Shown here piece by piece: positions 47,487 through 59,699 of a stretch of 64,000 nucleotides of DNA; within the stretch, counting starts at the first letter, position 1; every line of letters begins with the position of its first letter. Origin of the DNA: Pristiophorus japonicus (lineage: Eukaryota); the NCBI RefSeq assembly GCF_044704955.1, contig NC_092008.1, positions 4,216,001 through 4,280,000 of the forward strand. The letters are read 5' to 3'. The position numbers were made by a program, and so were the translations under genes. Below the pieces are notes generated by a model. The model did no database searches. It saw only the letters and a program-made list of their open reading frames with translations, and had not been told where the DNA came from.

Positions 47487-49285
47487 CAACGGGCATGATC
47501 TTTGCAGCGCGACAGCTGCAGGAAGAATGCAGGGAGCAGCACCGGCCCTTATACATGGCCGCCTTCGACCTTACGAAGGCCTTTGACATTGTCAACCGCG
47601 AGGGTCTATGGAGCGTCCTCCTCCGTTTCTGATGCCCCCAAAAGTTCGTCACCATCCACCGCCTGCTCCACGATGATAGGCAGGCCGTGATCCTGACCAA
47701 GGGATCCATTACAGACCCAATCCACGTCCAGACCGGGGTCAAGCAGGGCAGCATCATCGCCCCCCAACCCTCTTCTCAATCTTCCTCGCTGCCATGCTCC
47801 ACCTCACAGTCAACAAGCTCCCCGCTGGAGTGGAACTAAACCACAGAACCAGTGGGAACCTGTTCAACCTTCGCCATCTCCAGGCCAGGTCCAAGACCGT
47901 CCCAACCTCTGTCGTCGAGCTACAGTACGCGGACAACGCCTGCACACAGAGGCTGAACTCCAGGACATAGTCGACGTATTTACCGAGGTGTATGAAAGTA
48001 TGGGTCTTACGCTAAACATCTGTAAGACAAAGGTCCTCCACCAGCCTGTCCTCGCCGCACAGCACTGCCCCCCAGTCATCAAGATCCACGGCGCGGCCCT
48101 GGACAACGTGGACCATTTCCCATACCTCGGGAGCCTCCTATCAACAAGGGCAGACATTGGCGACGAGGTCCAACACCGCCTCCAGTGCGCCAGTGCAGCC
48201 TTCGGCCGCCTGAGGAAAAGAGTGTTTGAAGACCAGGCCCTCAAATCTACCACCAAAGCTCATGGTCTACAGGGCTGTAGTGATACCCGCCCTCCTGTAT
48301 GGCTCAGAGACATGGACCGTGTACAGTAGACACCTCAAGTCGCTGGAGAAATACCACCAACGATGTCTCCGCAAGATCCTGCAAATCCCCCGGGAGGACA
48401 GACGCACCAACGTTAGCGTCCTCGACCAGGCCCAACATCCCCAGCATCGAAGCACTGACCACACTCGACCAGCTCCGCTGGGCAGGGCCACATTGTCCGC
48501 ATGTCCCCAGACACGAGACTCCCAAAGCAAGCGCTCTACTCGGAACTCCTTCACGGGCAAACGAGCCAAAGGTGGGCAGAGGAAACGTTACAGGGGACCA
48601 CCCTCAAAGCCTCCCTGATAAAGTGCAACATCCCCCACCGACACCTGGGAGTCCCTGGGCCCAAAGACCAGTCCGCCCTAAGTGGAGGAAGTGCATCCGG
48701 GAGGGCGCTGAGCACCTCGAGTCTCGTCGCCGAGAGCGTGCAGAAACCAAGCGCAGGCAGCGGAAGGAGCGTGCGGCAAACCTGTCCCACCCTCCCCTTC
48801 CCTCAACCACTGTCTGTCCCACCTGTGACAGGGACTGTGGCTCCCGTATTGGACTGTTTTTTTTTTTAAATTCGTAGCTGATCGTTCCAATTCTTTGTCA
48901 AATCACAAACGCCAGAGGTCACCTTGCACATGCCAAGGATCACTCTGCGCCAATGCTCTTAGCCAAAAGGCCTAGAGCCACTGCACCGTTCCTGGAAGTA
49001 CTGCAATACCAGGTTCGTGCCATGGAGGTGGATGGGTCAGGTCCCCCACACACCTCCGTGGAGGTGGATGGGTCAAACCTCCCCACCCACCTCCTGTTTC
49101 CAAAAATGCAAGCATATACCTTCCTGACCAGGGAGAAACCACCCGGAGGTCATGGTGGCTGGTCAGAAACGGTACTACACTTGATCTTAGCCAAAAGGAT
49201 TGGACTGTTCAGCCACCGAAGGACTCACTTCAGGAGTGGAAGCAAGTCTTCCTCGATCCCGAGGGACTGCCTATGATGGTGATGA
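47487..49285 (+). mobile_element. RTE-clade LINE (RT to 3' end, decayed), interrupted at 48859-49198
   Basis: FDLTKAFD, TGVKQG, LQYAD, FPYLGS, ALLYGSETW, CPTCDRDC motifs; (gat)n-like tail. Confidence 0.9.
48859..49198 (-). mobile_element. U2 snRNA-derived retroposon (SINEU-like or chimeric U2 retrocopy) with poly(A) and 11-bp TSD
   Basis: Minus strand begins ccttttggctaagatcaagtgtagta (U2 5' region), has Sm site atttttgg and stem-loop IV acctggtattgcagtacttccaggaacggtgca; TSD attggactgtt at 48848-48858 and 49199-49209; T11 run 48857-48867. Confidence 0.88.
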
Positions 49286-49949
49286 AATCTCTTCAATAAT
49301 GGGGTGTTCGCCCACACCCCACATGCCTAAGAGACTGGGCTGATCCGCAGTCTTGACACAACTTTGATTTGCACACAATAACCGCACCAGCCATTAACAT
49401 TCCCATTAGATTTATAATTGGATGCCAATTCCGTGAGGTGCACTATTTAAGCTTTGCGAATTGCGATAATATTGGCAGACTGAATCACCTTGCATGCTAA
49501 TATTGACAGATCCACCTATGCAAATGCCTACACTCGGAGTCCTGGCTCTCAGAATTTATTGAAAGTACCTTACTTTGTTGGGTCACACGCAACCTTGCAA
49601 TATTGAATTAACGCCGCGTCCAGACCGCCTCGCAGACGCACCTTGTGATCTCAACCACCACCAAACCGTGGCTTACACGGCCACTGGATTTCCTAGTTGT
49701 TGATCGAAACACGTTTTCCAAACAACCAGGAAACATCAACCCCAAACAAAAACAGCCAGACTGAGACAGGGAGAATAATAAAGCAGGAAACTGCCTGGGG
49801 GAGAAAAAAAAAGTTCGAAACTTTTTCCTCTCGAAAAGTTTGGAAACTTTTTAAAAACTCCACAAACTTTTTCCAAAGAAGTTTTTTTAAAAATTAAAAT
49901 ACTGCAACTTAATTATAGAAGTCGAATCGTTTTCATCGCGTCCTACCCC

Positions 49950-50160
49950 TGTCCTCCCCGACGTTTGTTGAAACTGTTCCTCCAACTATTTCAGTCTGCT
50001 CAAAGTTTCCGACAAGTTTGGCCACTTCCGGGTCTTGTAAGTTTCAGCTGGAGGGGGCGGGCCATTCACTTGGCACTTGTGCCTCATTGGTCTGCAAACC
50101 TGGGATTGGTTAATGATGCTCTCGTCCTCTCCAGACAACGGCAACATTCTGCGTTCATGT
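49950..50160 (-). promoter_or_regulatory. Candidate promoter of the Rab7-like gene
   Basis: Unique island upstream of the gene with ETS-like cacttccgg (about 50022), GC box ggggcggg (about 50054) and two ATTGG; candidate donor gtaagc near 49675. Confidence 0.35.
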
Positions 50161-50299
50161 AGCGCCTCGTAACCCCTTATTCCCTTATCGTTTAAGAAAC
50201 TGTCTATCTCTGTCTTAAATGTATTCAATGTCCCAGCTTCCACAGCTCTCTGGGGCAGCGAATTCCACAGATTTACAACCCCCTGAGAGAAGACCAGAG

Positions 50300-50460
50300 C
50301 CCCCTTCTCATCGATTCCTGACTCAAGGTTCCCAATCTCATCCCATTGGCCCCGACTCAAGCTTTCCAATCTTGTCCCATCGACTCCCGACTCAAGGTTC
50401 CCAATCTTGTCCCATCGATTCCCGACTCAAGGTTCCCAATCTCGTCCCATTGACTGTGTC
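50300..50460. repeat. 35-bp minisatellite
   Basis: Unit cccatcgactcccgactcaaggttcccaatcttgt, about 4.5 copies. Confidence 0.8.
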
Positions 50461-50609
50461 TCAAGAATCCCAACCCACCCAGTATTAGTGACTATCTAAT
50501 ATGTTGATGGCCCCCTAGTTCTAATCTCCTCCCCACAAGTGGAAACGTCCCAAGGTAGTCCCAACAGAAATATAAAGAGACAGAAGATTTGACACCGAGC
50601 CACATAATA

Positions 50610-53185
50610 AAGTTATTATTTAAATAGAGAAAGATTGCAAAGTGCCGCAGTACAGCGGGACCTGGTGCATGAAACACAAAAGGATAGTATGCAGGTACAG
50701 CAAGTTATCAGGAAGGCCAATGGTATCTTGGCCTTTATTGCAAAGGGGATGGAGTATAAAAGCAGGGAAGTCTTGCTACAGCTATATAGGGTATTGGTGA
50801 GGCCACACCTGGAGTACTGCGTGCAGTTTTGGTTTCTATATTTACAAAAGGATATATTTGCTTTGGAGGCAGTTCAGAGAAGGTTGATTCCGGCAATAAG
50901 GGGGTTGACTTATGAGGAAAGGTTGAGTAGGTTGGGCCTCTACTCATTGGAATTCAGAAGAATGAGAGGTGATCTTATCGAAACGTATAAGATTATGAGG
51001 GGGCTTGACAAGGTGAATGAAGAGAGGATGTTTCCACTGATGGGGGAGACTAGAACTAGGGGGCATGATCTTAGAATGAGGGGCCACCCATTTAAAATTG
51101 AGATTAGGAGAAATTTCTTCTCTCAGAGGGTTGTAAATCTGTGGAATTCGCTGCCTCAGAGAGCTGTGGAAGCCGGGACATTGAATATATTTAAGACAGA
51201 GATAGACAGTTTCTTAACTGATAATGGAATAAGGGGGCGGGCAGGGAAGTGGAGCTGAGTCCATGATCGGATCTGCCTTGGTCATATTAAATGGCGGAGC
51301 AGGCTCGAGGGGCCGAATGGCTGACTCCTGCTCCTATTTCTTGTGTTCTTATCACAGGCAGTCCCTCGAAATTGAGGAAGAATTGCTTCCACTCTCAAAA
51401 TGAGTTCTCAGGTAACTGAACAGTCCAATACGAGAGCCACAGTCCCTGTCACAGGTGGGACAGACAGTGGTTGAGGGACGGGGAGGGTGGGACTGGTTTG
51501 CCGCATGCTCCTTCCGCTGCCTGCGCCTGGTTTCTGCACGCTCTCGGCGACGAGACTCGAGGTGCTCAGCGCCCTCCCGGATTCACTTACTCCACTTGGT
51601 GCGGACTGGTCTTTGGCCAGGGACTCCCAGGTGTCGGTGGGGATGTTGCACTTTATCAGGGAGACTTTGAGGATGGCCCCTGTAACGTTTCCTCTGCCCA
51701 CCTTTGGCTCGTTTGCCATGAAGGAGTTCCGAGTAGAGCGCTTGCTTTGGGAGTCTCATGTCCGGCCATGTGGACAATGTGGCCCTGCCCAGCGGAGCTG
51801 GTCGAGTGTGGTCAGTGCTTCGATGCTGGGGATGTTGGCCTGGTCGAGGACGCTAACGTTGGTGCGTCTGTCCTCCCAGGGGATTTGCAGGATCTTGTGG
51901 AGACAGCGTTGGTGGTATTTCTCCAGTGACTTGAGGTGTCCACTGTACATGGTCCATGTCTCTGAGCCATACAGGAGGGCGGGTATTATTACAGCCCTGT
52001 AGACCATGAGCTTGGTGCCAGATTTTGAGGGCCTGATCCTCCAAAATTTGAAAGATGGAGTATAATGTGGGAAAATGTGAGGTTATCCACTTTGGTAGGA
52101 TAAATAAAAAAAGCAAATTATTATTTAAATAGGGAGCGATTACAAAGTGATCTGTACGGAGTGATCTGGGGGTTCTTGTACATGAAACGCAGTACTCCAG
52201 GTGTGGCCTCACCAATACCCTGTATAACTGTAGCAAGACTTCCCTGCTTTTATACTCCATCCCCTTTGCAATAAAGGCCAAGATACCATTGGCCTTCCTG
52301 ATCACTTGCTGTACCTGTATACTAACCTTTTGTGTTTCATGCACAAGGATTCCAGGTCCCTCTGTACTGCAGCACTTTGAAATTTTTTACTCCATTTAAA
52401 TTATAATTTTCCTTTCTGTTATTTCTGCCAAAGTGGATAACCTGACATTTTCCCACATTATACTCCATCTGACAATTTTTTGCCCACTCACTTAGCCTGT
52501 ATATATCCCTTTGCAGACTTTCTGTGTCCTCCTCACAATTTGCTTTCCCATCCATCTTTGTATCATCAGCAAACTTGGCTACGTTACACTCGGTCCCTTC
52601 TTCCAAGTCATTAATATAGATTGTAAATAGTTGGGGTCCCAGCACTGATCCCTGCGGCACCCCACTAGTTACTGATTGCCAACTGGAAAAAGACCCATTT
52701 ATCCCGACTCTCTGTTTTCTGTTTGTTAACCGATCCTCTATCTATGCTAATATATTACCCCCAACCCCGTGAACTTTTATCTTGTGCAGTAACCTTTTAT
52801 GTGGCACCTTGTCAAATGCCTTCTGGAAATCCAAATACACCACATCCACTGATTCCCCTTTATCCACCCTGTCCGTTACATCCTCAAAGAATTCCAGCAA
52901 ATTTGTCAAACACAATTTCCCTTTCATAAAACCATGCTGACTCTGCTTGATTGAAACATGCTTTTCCAAATGTCCCGCTACTGCTTCCTTAATAATGATC
53001 TGATTGAAATGTATACGATTCCCCCCACGAGGGGAAAATCCTCTCTGCATCTACCCTGTCCAGCCCCCCTCAGAATCTGATATGTTTCGATAAGATCACC
53101 TCTCATTCTTCTAAACCCCAATGTGTACAGGCCCAACCTGCTCAACCTTTCCTCATAAGACAATCCCCTCATCTCTGGAATCAAC
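50610..53185. mobile_element. LINE mosaic: CR1 3' (+, 50610-51352), RTE 3' (-, 51352-52040), CR1 fragments (mostly -, 52040-53185)
   Basis: Same motifs as the other CR1 and RTE copies. Confidence 0.85.
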
Positions 53186-53186
53186 C

Positions 53187-53730
53187 GATGACATCATCCT
53201 GAACAGATGGTGCGATGACATCATTCCGAACAGATTGTGTGATGACATCATTCCAAACATTGTGCAATGACATCATCCAGAACAGATTGAGCGATGACAT
53301 CATCCAGAACATTGAGCGATGACATCACCCGGAACATTGAGCGATGACATCACCCGGAATCGATTGCGCGATGACATCATCCAGAACAGATTGAGCGATG
53401 ACATCATCCAGAACATTGAGCGATGACATCACCCGGAATAGATTGCGCGATGACATCATCCAGAACAGATTGAGAGATGACATCATCCAGAACATTGAGC
53501 GATGACATCATCCAGAACAATGAGCGATGACATCATTCCGAACAGATTGTACGATGACATCACCCCAAACATTGCGCGATGACATCATCCAGAACATTGC
53601 GCGATTACATCATCCCGAACAGATGGCCTGATCACGTTCGCGGGACCCGGTTGCGCGATGACGTCTGCCAGGCCACCTTGCGTGATGACGCAGGCCCGCC
53701 CCTGCGGCCGCCTGTTGCCATGGAGCCGGC
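53187..53730 (+). promoter_or_regulatory. CDK20 promoter: 25/27-bp tandem array with 16 TGACATCA sites, two TGACG CRE half-sites and an X-box-like motif
   Basis: TGACATCA from 53189 to 53580; gttgccatggagcc 53714-53727; ATG at 53798. Confidence 0.65.
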
Positions 53731-53797
53731 AGCCGCGGCCTAGGAGCTCAGGCTCAGGCTCAGACCGGAGGGAGCGGCCTGTCCCCGGGAGAGGGGG

Positions 53798-53872
53798 ATG
53801 GAGCAATACAGCATCCTGGGGCGGATCGGGGAGGGGGCGCACGGCATCGTCTTCAAGGCCAAACACATCGAG
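53798..53872 (+). CDS. CDK20: Cyclin-dependent kinase 20, exon 1
   Basis: MEQYSILGRIGEGAHGIVFKAKHIE|gtgggc; CDK20-typical GEGAHG loop. Confidence 0.93.
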
Positions 53873-53884
53873 GTGGGCGGGAGG

Positions 53885-56800
53885 CGCCGGGCCCTCACTA
53901 CCCACTCCGACACTCCCTCACTACCGCCCTCCGACACTCCCTCGGCACCGCCCCTCCGACTCTCCCTCACTACCGCCCCTCTGACACTCCCTCACTACCG
54001 CGCTCCGACACTCCCTCACTACCCGCTCCGACACTCCCTCACTACCGCCCCTCCGACACTCCCTCACTACCCACTCCGACACTCCCTCACTACCGCCCCT
54101 CCGACTCTCCCTCACTACCGCCCTCCGACACTCCCTCACTACCGCCCCTCCGACACTCCCTCACTACCCACTCCGACACTCCCTCACTACCGCCCTCCGA
54201 CACTCCCTCACTACCGCCCCTCCGACTCTCCCTCACTACCGCCCCTCCGACTCTCCCTCACTACCGCCCCTCCGACTCTCCCTCACTACCGCCCCTCCGA
54301 CACTCCCTCACTACCGCCCTCCGACACTCCCTCACTACCGCCCCTCCGACTCTCCCTCACTACCGCCCCTCCGACACTCCCTCACTACCGCCCTCCGACA
54401 CTCCCTCACTACCGCCCCTCCGACTCTCCCTCACTACCGCCCCTCCGACTCTCCCTCACTACCGCCCCTCCGACACTCCCTCACTACCGCCCTCCGACAC
54501 TCCCTCACTACCGCCCCTCCGACTCTCCCTCACTACCCACTCCGACACTCCCTCACTACCGCCCTCCGACACTCCCTCACTACCGCCCCTCCGACTCTCC
54601 CTCACTACCGCCCCTCCGACACTCCCTCACTACCGCCCTCCGACACTCCCTCACTACCGCCCTCCGACACTCCCTCACTACCGCCCCTCCGACACTCCCT
54701 CACTACCGCCCCTCTGACACTCCCTCACTACCCACTCCGACACTCCCTCACTACCGCCCTCCGACACTCCCTCACTACCCACTCCGACACTCCCTCACTA
54801 CCGCCCCTCCGACACTCCCTCACTACCGCCCTCCGACACTCCCTCAGCACCGCCCTCCGACACTCCCTCACTACCGCCCCTCCGACACTCCCTCACTACC
54901 CACTCCGACACTCCCTCACTACCGCCCTCCGACACTCCCTCACTACCGCCCCTCCGACACTCCCTCACTACCGCCCTCGTACACTCCCTCACTACCGCGC
55001 TCCGACACTCCCTCACTACCGCGCTCCGACACTCCCTCACTACCGCGCTCCGACACTCCCTCACTACCGCCCTGCGACACTCCCTCACTACCGCCCTCCG
55101 ACACTCCCTCACTACCGCCCTCGTACACTCCCTCACTACCGCCCTCGTACACTCCCTCACTACCGCCCCTCCGACACTCCCTCACTACCGCCCCTCCGAC
55201 ACTCCCTCACTACCGCCCTCGTACACTCCCTCACTACCGCCCTCGTACACTCCCTCACTACCGCGCTCCGACACTCCCTCACTACCGCGCTCCGACACTC
55301 CCTCACTACCGCGCTCCGACACTCCCTCACTACCGCGCTCCGACACTCCCTCACTACCGCGCTCCGACACTCCCTCACTACCGCCCCTCCGACTCTCCCT
55401 CACTACCGCCCCTCCGACTCTCCCTCACTACCGCCCCTCCGACACTCCCTCACTACCGCCCTCCGACACTCCCTCACTACCGCCCCTCCGACTCTCCCTC
55501 ACTACCGCCCCTCCGACACTCCCTCACTACCGCCCTCGTACACTCCCTCACTACCGCCCTCGTACACTCCCTCACTACCGCGCTCCGACACTCCCTCACT
55601 ACCGCGCTCCGACACTCCCTCACTACCGCGCTCCGACACTCCCTCACTACCGCGCTCCGACACTCCCTCACTACCGCCCCTCCGACTCTCCCTCACTACC
55701 GCCCCTCCGACTCTCCCTCACTACCGCCCCTCCGACTCTCCCTCACTACCGCCCCTCCGACACTCCCTCACTACCGCCCTCCGACACTCCCTCACTACCG
55801 CCCCTCCGACTCTCCCTCACTACCGCCCCTCCGACACTCCCTCACTACCGCCCTCCGACACTCCCTCACTACCGCCCCTCCGACTCTCCCTCACTACCGC
55901 CCCTCCGACTCTCCCTCACTACCGCCCCTCCGACACTCCCTCACTACCGCCCTCCGACACTCCCTCACTACCGCCCCTCCGACTCTCCCTCACTACCCAC
56001 TCCGACACTCCCTCACTACCGCCCTCCGACACTCCCTCACTACCGCCCCTCCGACTCTCCCTCACTACCCACTCAGACACTCCCTCACTACCGCCCCTCC
56101 GACACTCCCTCACTACCGCCCTCCGACACTCCCTCACTACCGCCCTCCGACACTCCCTCACTACCGCCCCTCCGACACTCCCTCACTACCGCCCCTCTGA
56201 CACTCCCTCACTACCCACTCCGACACTCCCTCACTACCGCCCTCCGACACTCCCTCACTACCCACTCCGACACTCCCTCACTACCGCCCCTCCGACACTC
56301 CCTCACTACCGCCCTCCGACACTCCCTCAGCACCGCCCTCCGACACTCCCTCACTACCGCCCCTCCGACACTCCCTCACTACCCACTCCGACACTCCCTC
56401 ACTACCGCCCTCCGACACTCCCTCACTACCGCCCCTCCGACACTCCCTCACTACCGCCCTCGTACACTCCCTCACTACCGCGCTCCGACACTCCCTCACT
56501 ACCGCGCTCCGACACTCCCTCACTACCGCGCTCCGACACTCCCTCACTACCGCCCTGCGACACTCCCTCACTACCGCCCTCCGACACTCCCTCACTACCG
56601 CCCTCGTACACTCCCTCACTACCGCCCTCGTACACTCCCTCACTACCGCCCCTCCGACACTCCCTCACTACCGCCCCTCCGACACTCCCTCACTACCGCC
56701 CTCGTACACTCCCTCACTACCGCCCTCGTACACTCCCTCACTACCGCGCTCCGACACTCCCTCACTACCGCGCTCCGACACTCCCTCACTACCGCGCTCC

Positions 56801-58880
56801 GACACTCCCTCACTACCGCGCTCCGACACTCCCTCACTACCGCGCTCCGACACTCCCTCACTACCCACTCCGACACTCCCTCACTACCCACTCCGACACT
56901 CCCTCACTACCGCCCTCCGACACTCCCTCGGTACCGCCCCTCCGACACTCCCTCACTACCCACTCCGACACTCCCTCACTACCGCGCTCCGACACTCCCT
57001 CACTACCGCCCTCCGACACTCCCTCACTACCGCCCTCCGACTCTCCCTCACTACCGCCCCTCCGACACTCCCTCGGCACCGCCCCTCCGACACTCCCTCG
57101 GCACCGCCCCTCCGACACTCCCTCGGCACCGCCCCTCCGACGCTCCCTCGGCACCGCCCCTCCGACACTCCCTCACTACCGCCCTCCGACACTCCCTCAC
57201 TACCGCCCCTCCGACACTCCCTCAGCACCGCCCTCCGACACTCCCTCACTACCGCCCCTCTGACACTCCCTCACTACCCACTCCGACACTCCCTCACTAC
57301 CGCCCTCCGACACTCCCTCACTACCCACTCCGACACTCCCTCACTACCGCCCCTCCGACACTCCCTCACTACCGCCCTCCGACACTCCCTCAGCACCGCC
57401 CTCCGACACTCCCTCACTACCGCCCCTCCGACACTCCCTCACTACCCACTCCGACACTCCCTCACTACCGCCCTCCGACACTCCCTCACTACCGCCCCTC
57501 CGACACTCCCTCACTACCGCCCTCGTACACTCCCTCACTACCGCGCTCCGACACTCCCTCACTACCGCGCTCCGACACTCCCTCACTACCGCGCTCCGAC
57601 ACTCCCTCACTACCGCCCTCCGACACTCCCTCACTACCGCCCTCCGACACTCCCTCACTACCGCCCTCGTACACTCCCTCACTACCCACTCCGACACTCC
57701 CTCACTACCGCCCTCGTACACTCCCTCACTACCCACTCCGACACTCCCTCACTACCCACTCCGACACTCCCTCACTACCGCCCTCCGACACTCCCTCACT
57801 ACCGCCCTCGTACACTCCCTCACTACCGCCCTCGTACACTCCCTCACTACCGCCCCTCCGACACTCCCTCACTACCGCCCCTCCGACACTCCCTCACTAC
57901 CGCCCTCGTACACTCCCTCACTACCGCCCTCGTACACTCCCTCACTACCGCGCTCCGACACTCCCTCACTACCGCGCTCCGACACTCCCTCACTACCGCG
58001 CTCCGACACTCCCTCACTACCGCGCTCCGACACTCCCTCACTACCCACTCCGACACTCCCTCACTACCCACTCCGACACTCCCTCACTACCGCCCTCCGA
58101 CACTCCCTCGGTACCGCCCCTCCGACACTCCCTCACTACCCACTCCGACACTCCCTCACTACCGCGCTCCGACACTCCCTCACTACCGCCCTCCGACACT
58201 CCCTCACTACCGCCCTCCGACTCTCCCTCACTACCGCCCCTCCGACACTCCCTCGGCACCGCCCCTCCGACACTCCCTCGGCACCGCCCCTCCGACGCTC
58301 CCTCGGCACCGCCCCTCCGACACTCCCTTAGCACCGCCCTCCGACACTCCCTCACTACCGCCCCTCCGACACTCCCTCGGCACCGCCCCTCCGACGCTCC
58401 CTCGGCACCGCCCCTCCGACACTCCCTTAGCACCGCCCTCCGACTCTCCCTCACTACCGCCCCTCCGACACTCCCTCGGCACCGCCCCTCCGACACTCCC
58501 TCGGCACCGCCCCTCCGACACTCCCTCGGCACCGCCCCTCCGACGCTCCCTCGGCACCGCCCCTCCGACGCTCCCTCGGCACCGCCCCTCCGACACTCCC
58601 TCGGCACCGCCCCTCGGCACCGCCCCTCCGACACTCCCTCGGCACCGCCCCTCCGACGCTCCCTCGGCACCGCCCCTCCGACGCTCCCTCGGCACCGCCC
58701 CTCCGACACTCCCTCGGCACCGCCCCTCGGCACCGCCCCTCCGACACTCCCTCGGCACCGCCCTCCGACACTCCCTCGGCACCGCCCTCCGACACTCCCT
58801 CACTACCGCCCCTCCGACACTCCCTCGGTACCGCCCCTCCGACACTCCCTCGGCACCGCCCCTCCGACGCTCCCTCTGCA
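53885..58880. repeat. ~5-kb 24/25-bp minisatellite making up almost all of CDK20 intron 1
   Basis: Unit ccgacactccctcactaccgcc(c)ct, about 200 copies. Confidence 0.95.
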
Positions 58881-58951
58881 CCGCCTCGCGCGCTCCGCGC
58901 CGCTCTCCCTCTCCGCCGCCCTCGCTCACTGTGCTTCCTCTCGCTCCGCAG

Positions 58952-59065
58952 ACGGGGGAGACGGTCGCCCTGAAGAAGGTGGCACTCCGCAAGCTGGAGG
59001 ACGGAATTCCCAACCAGGCGCTGCGAGAGATCAAAGCCCTGCAGGAGATCGAGGACAACCAGTAT
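58952..59065 (+). CDS. CDK20: CDK20 exon 2
   Basis: cag|TGETVALKKVALRKLEDGIPNQALREIKALQEIEDNQY|gtgagt; diagnostic PNQALRE helix. Confidence 0.96.
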
Positions 59066-59225
59066 GTGAGTCCGCCCGCCCTCCGCGACAACAGGCGGGC
59101 ACAGACCCGCCGCCGTGTGTCACCCTCCACACCTCAATAACAACAGAAGAATTCGCAGCGGGAGTCGGCCAGTCAGCCCCGCGACCCTGCTCCGCCATTC
59201 AATACGATCGCGGCTGATCTGAGTG

Positions 59226-59680
59226 TTGGCCATGACTCAGTGAGCAGCACTCTCGGCCTCTGAGCCAGAAGGTTCAGGCTTTAAATCCCACTTCAGGGAC
59301 TTGAGCACATAACTCTAAGCTGACGCTCCCAGTGCAGTGCCGAGGGAGCTCCGCACTGTCGGAGGTGCCGTCTTTCGGATGAGACGTTAAACCGAGGCCC
59401 TGTCTGCCCTCTCGGATGGACGTAACAATTCCCACGGCACTATTTTAAAGAGCAGGGGAGTTATTCCCGGCGCCCTGGGGCCAATATTTATCCCTCAATC
59501 AATATATCAAAAACACACATGATCTGGGTCATTATCACATCGCTGTGTGTGGGAGCTTGCTGTGCGCAAATTGGCGTTTCCCACATTACAACAGTGAGCG
59601 CACTCCAAAAGTACTTCATTGGCTGTAAAGCGCTTTGAGATGTCCGGTGGTCGTGAAAGATGTTATATAAATGCAAGCTC
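59226..59680 (+). mobile_element. Full-length Deu-SINE with a single, unexpanded 33-bp segment
   Basis: tRNA-like head, one agtgccgagggagctccgcactgtcggaggtgcc unit, Deu core, tataaatgcaag tail. Confidence 0.85.
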
Positions 59681-59699
59681 AGCTCCACTTTCCTGCCCA

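Noticed and set aside
48859-49198. Functional U2 snRNA gene
   Set aside because: Lacks the first ~12 nt, has a remodelled middle and an extra tail with poly(A), and sits in a TSD inside a LINE
53798-56200. 800-aa ORF starting at the CDK20 ATG
   Set aside because: Only the first 25 codons are exon 1; the rest is read-through into the intronic minisatellite
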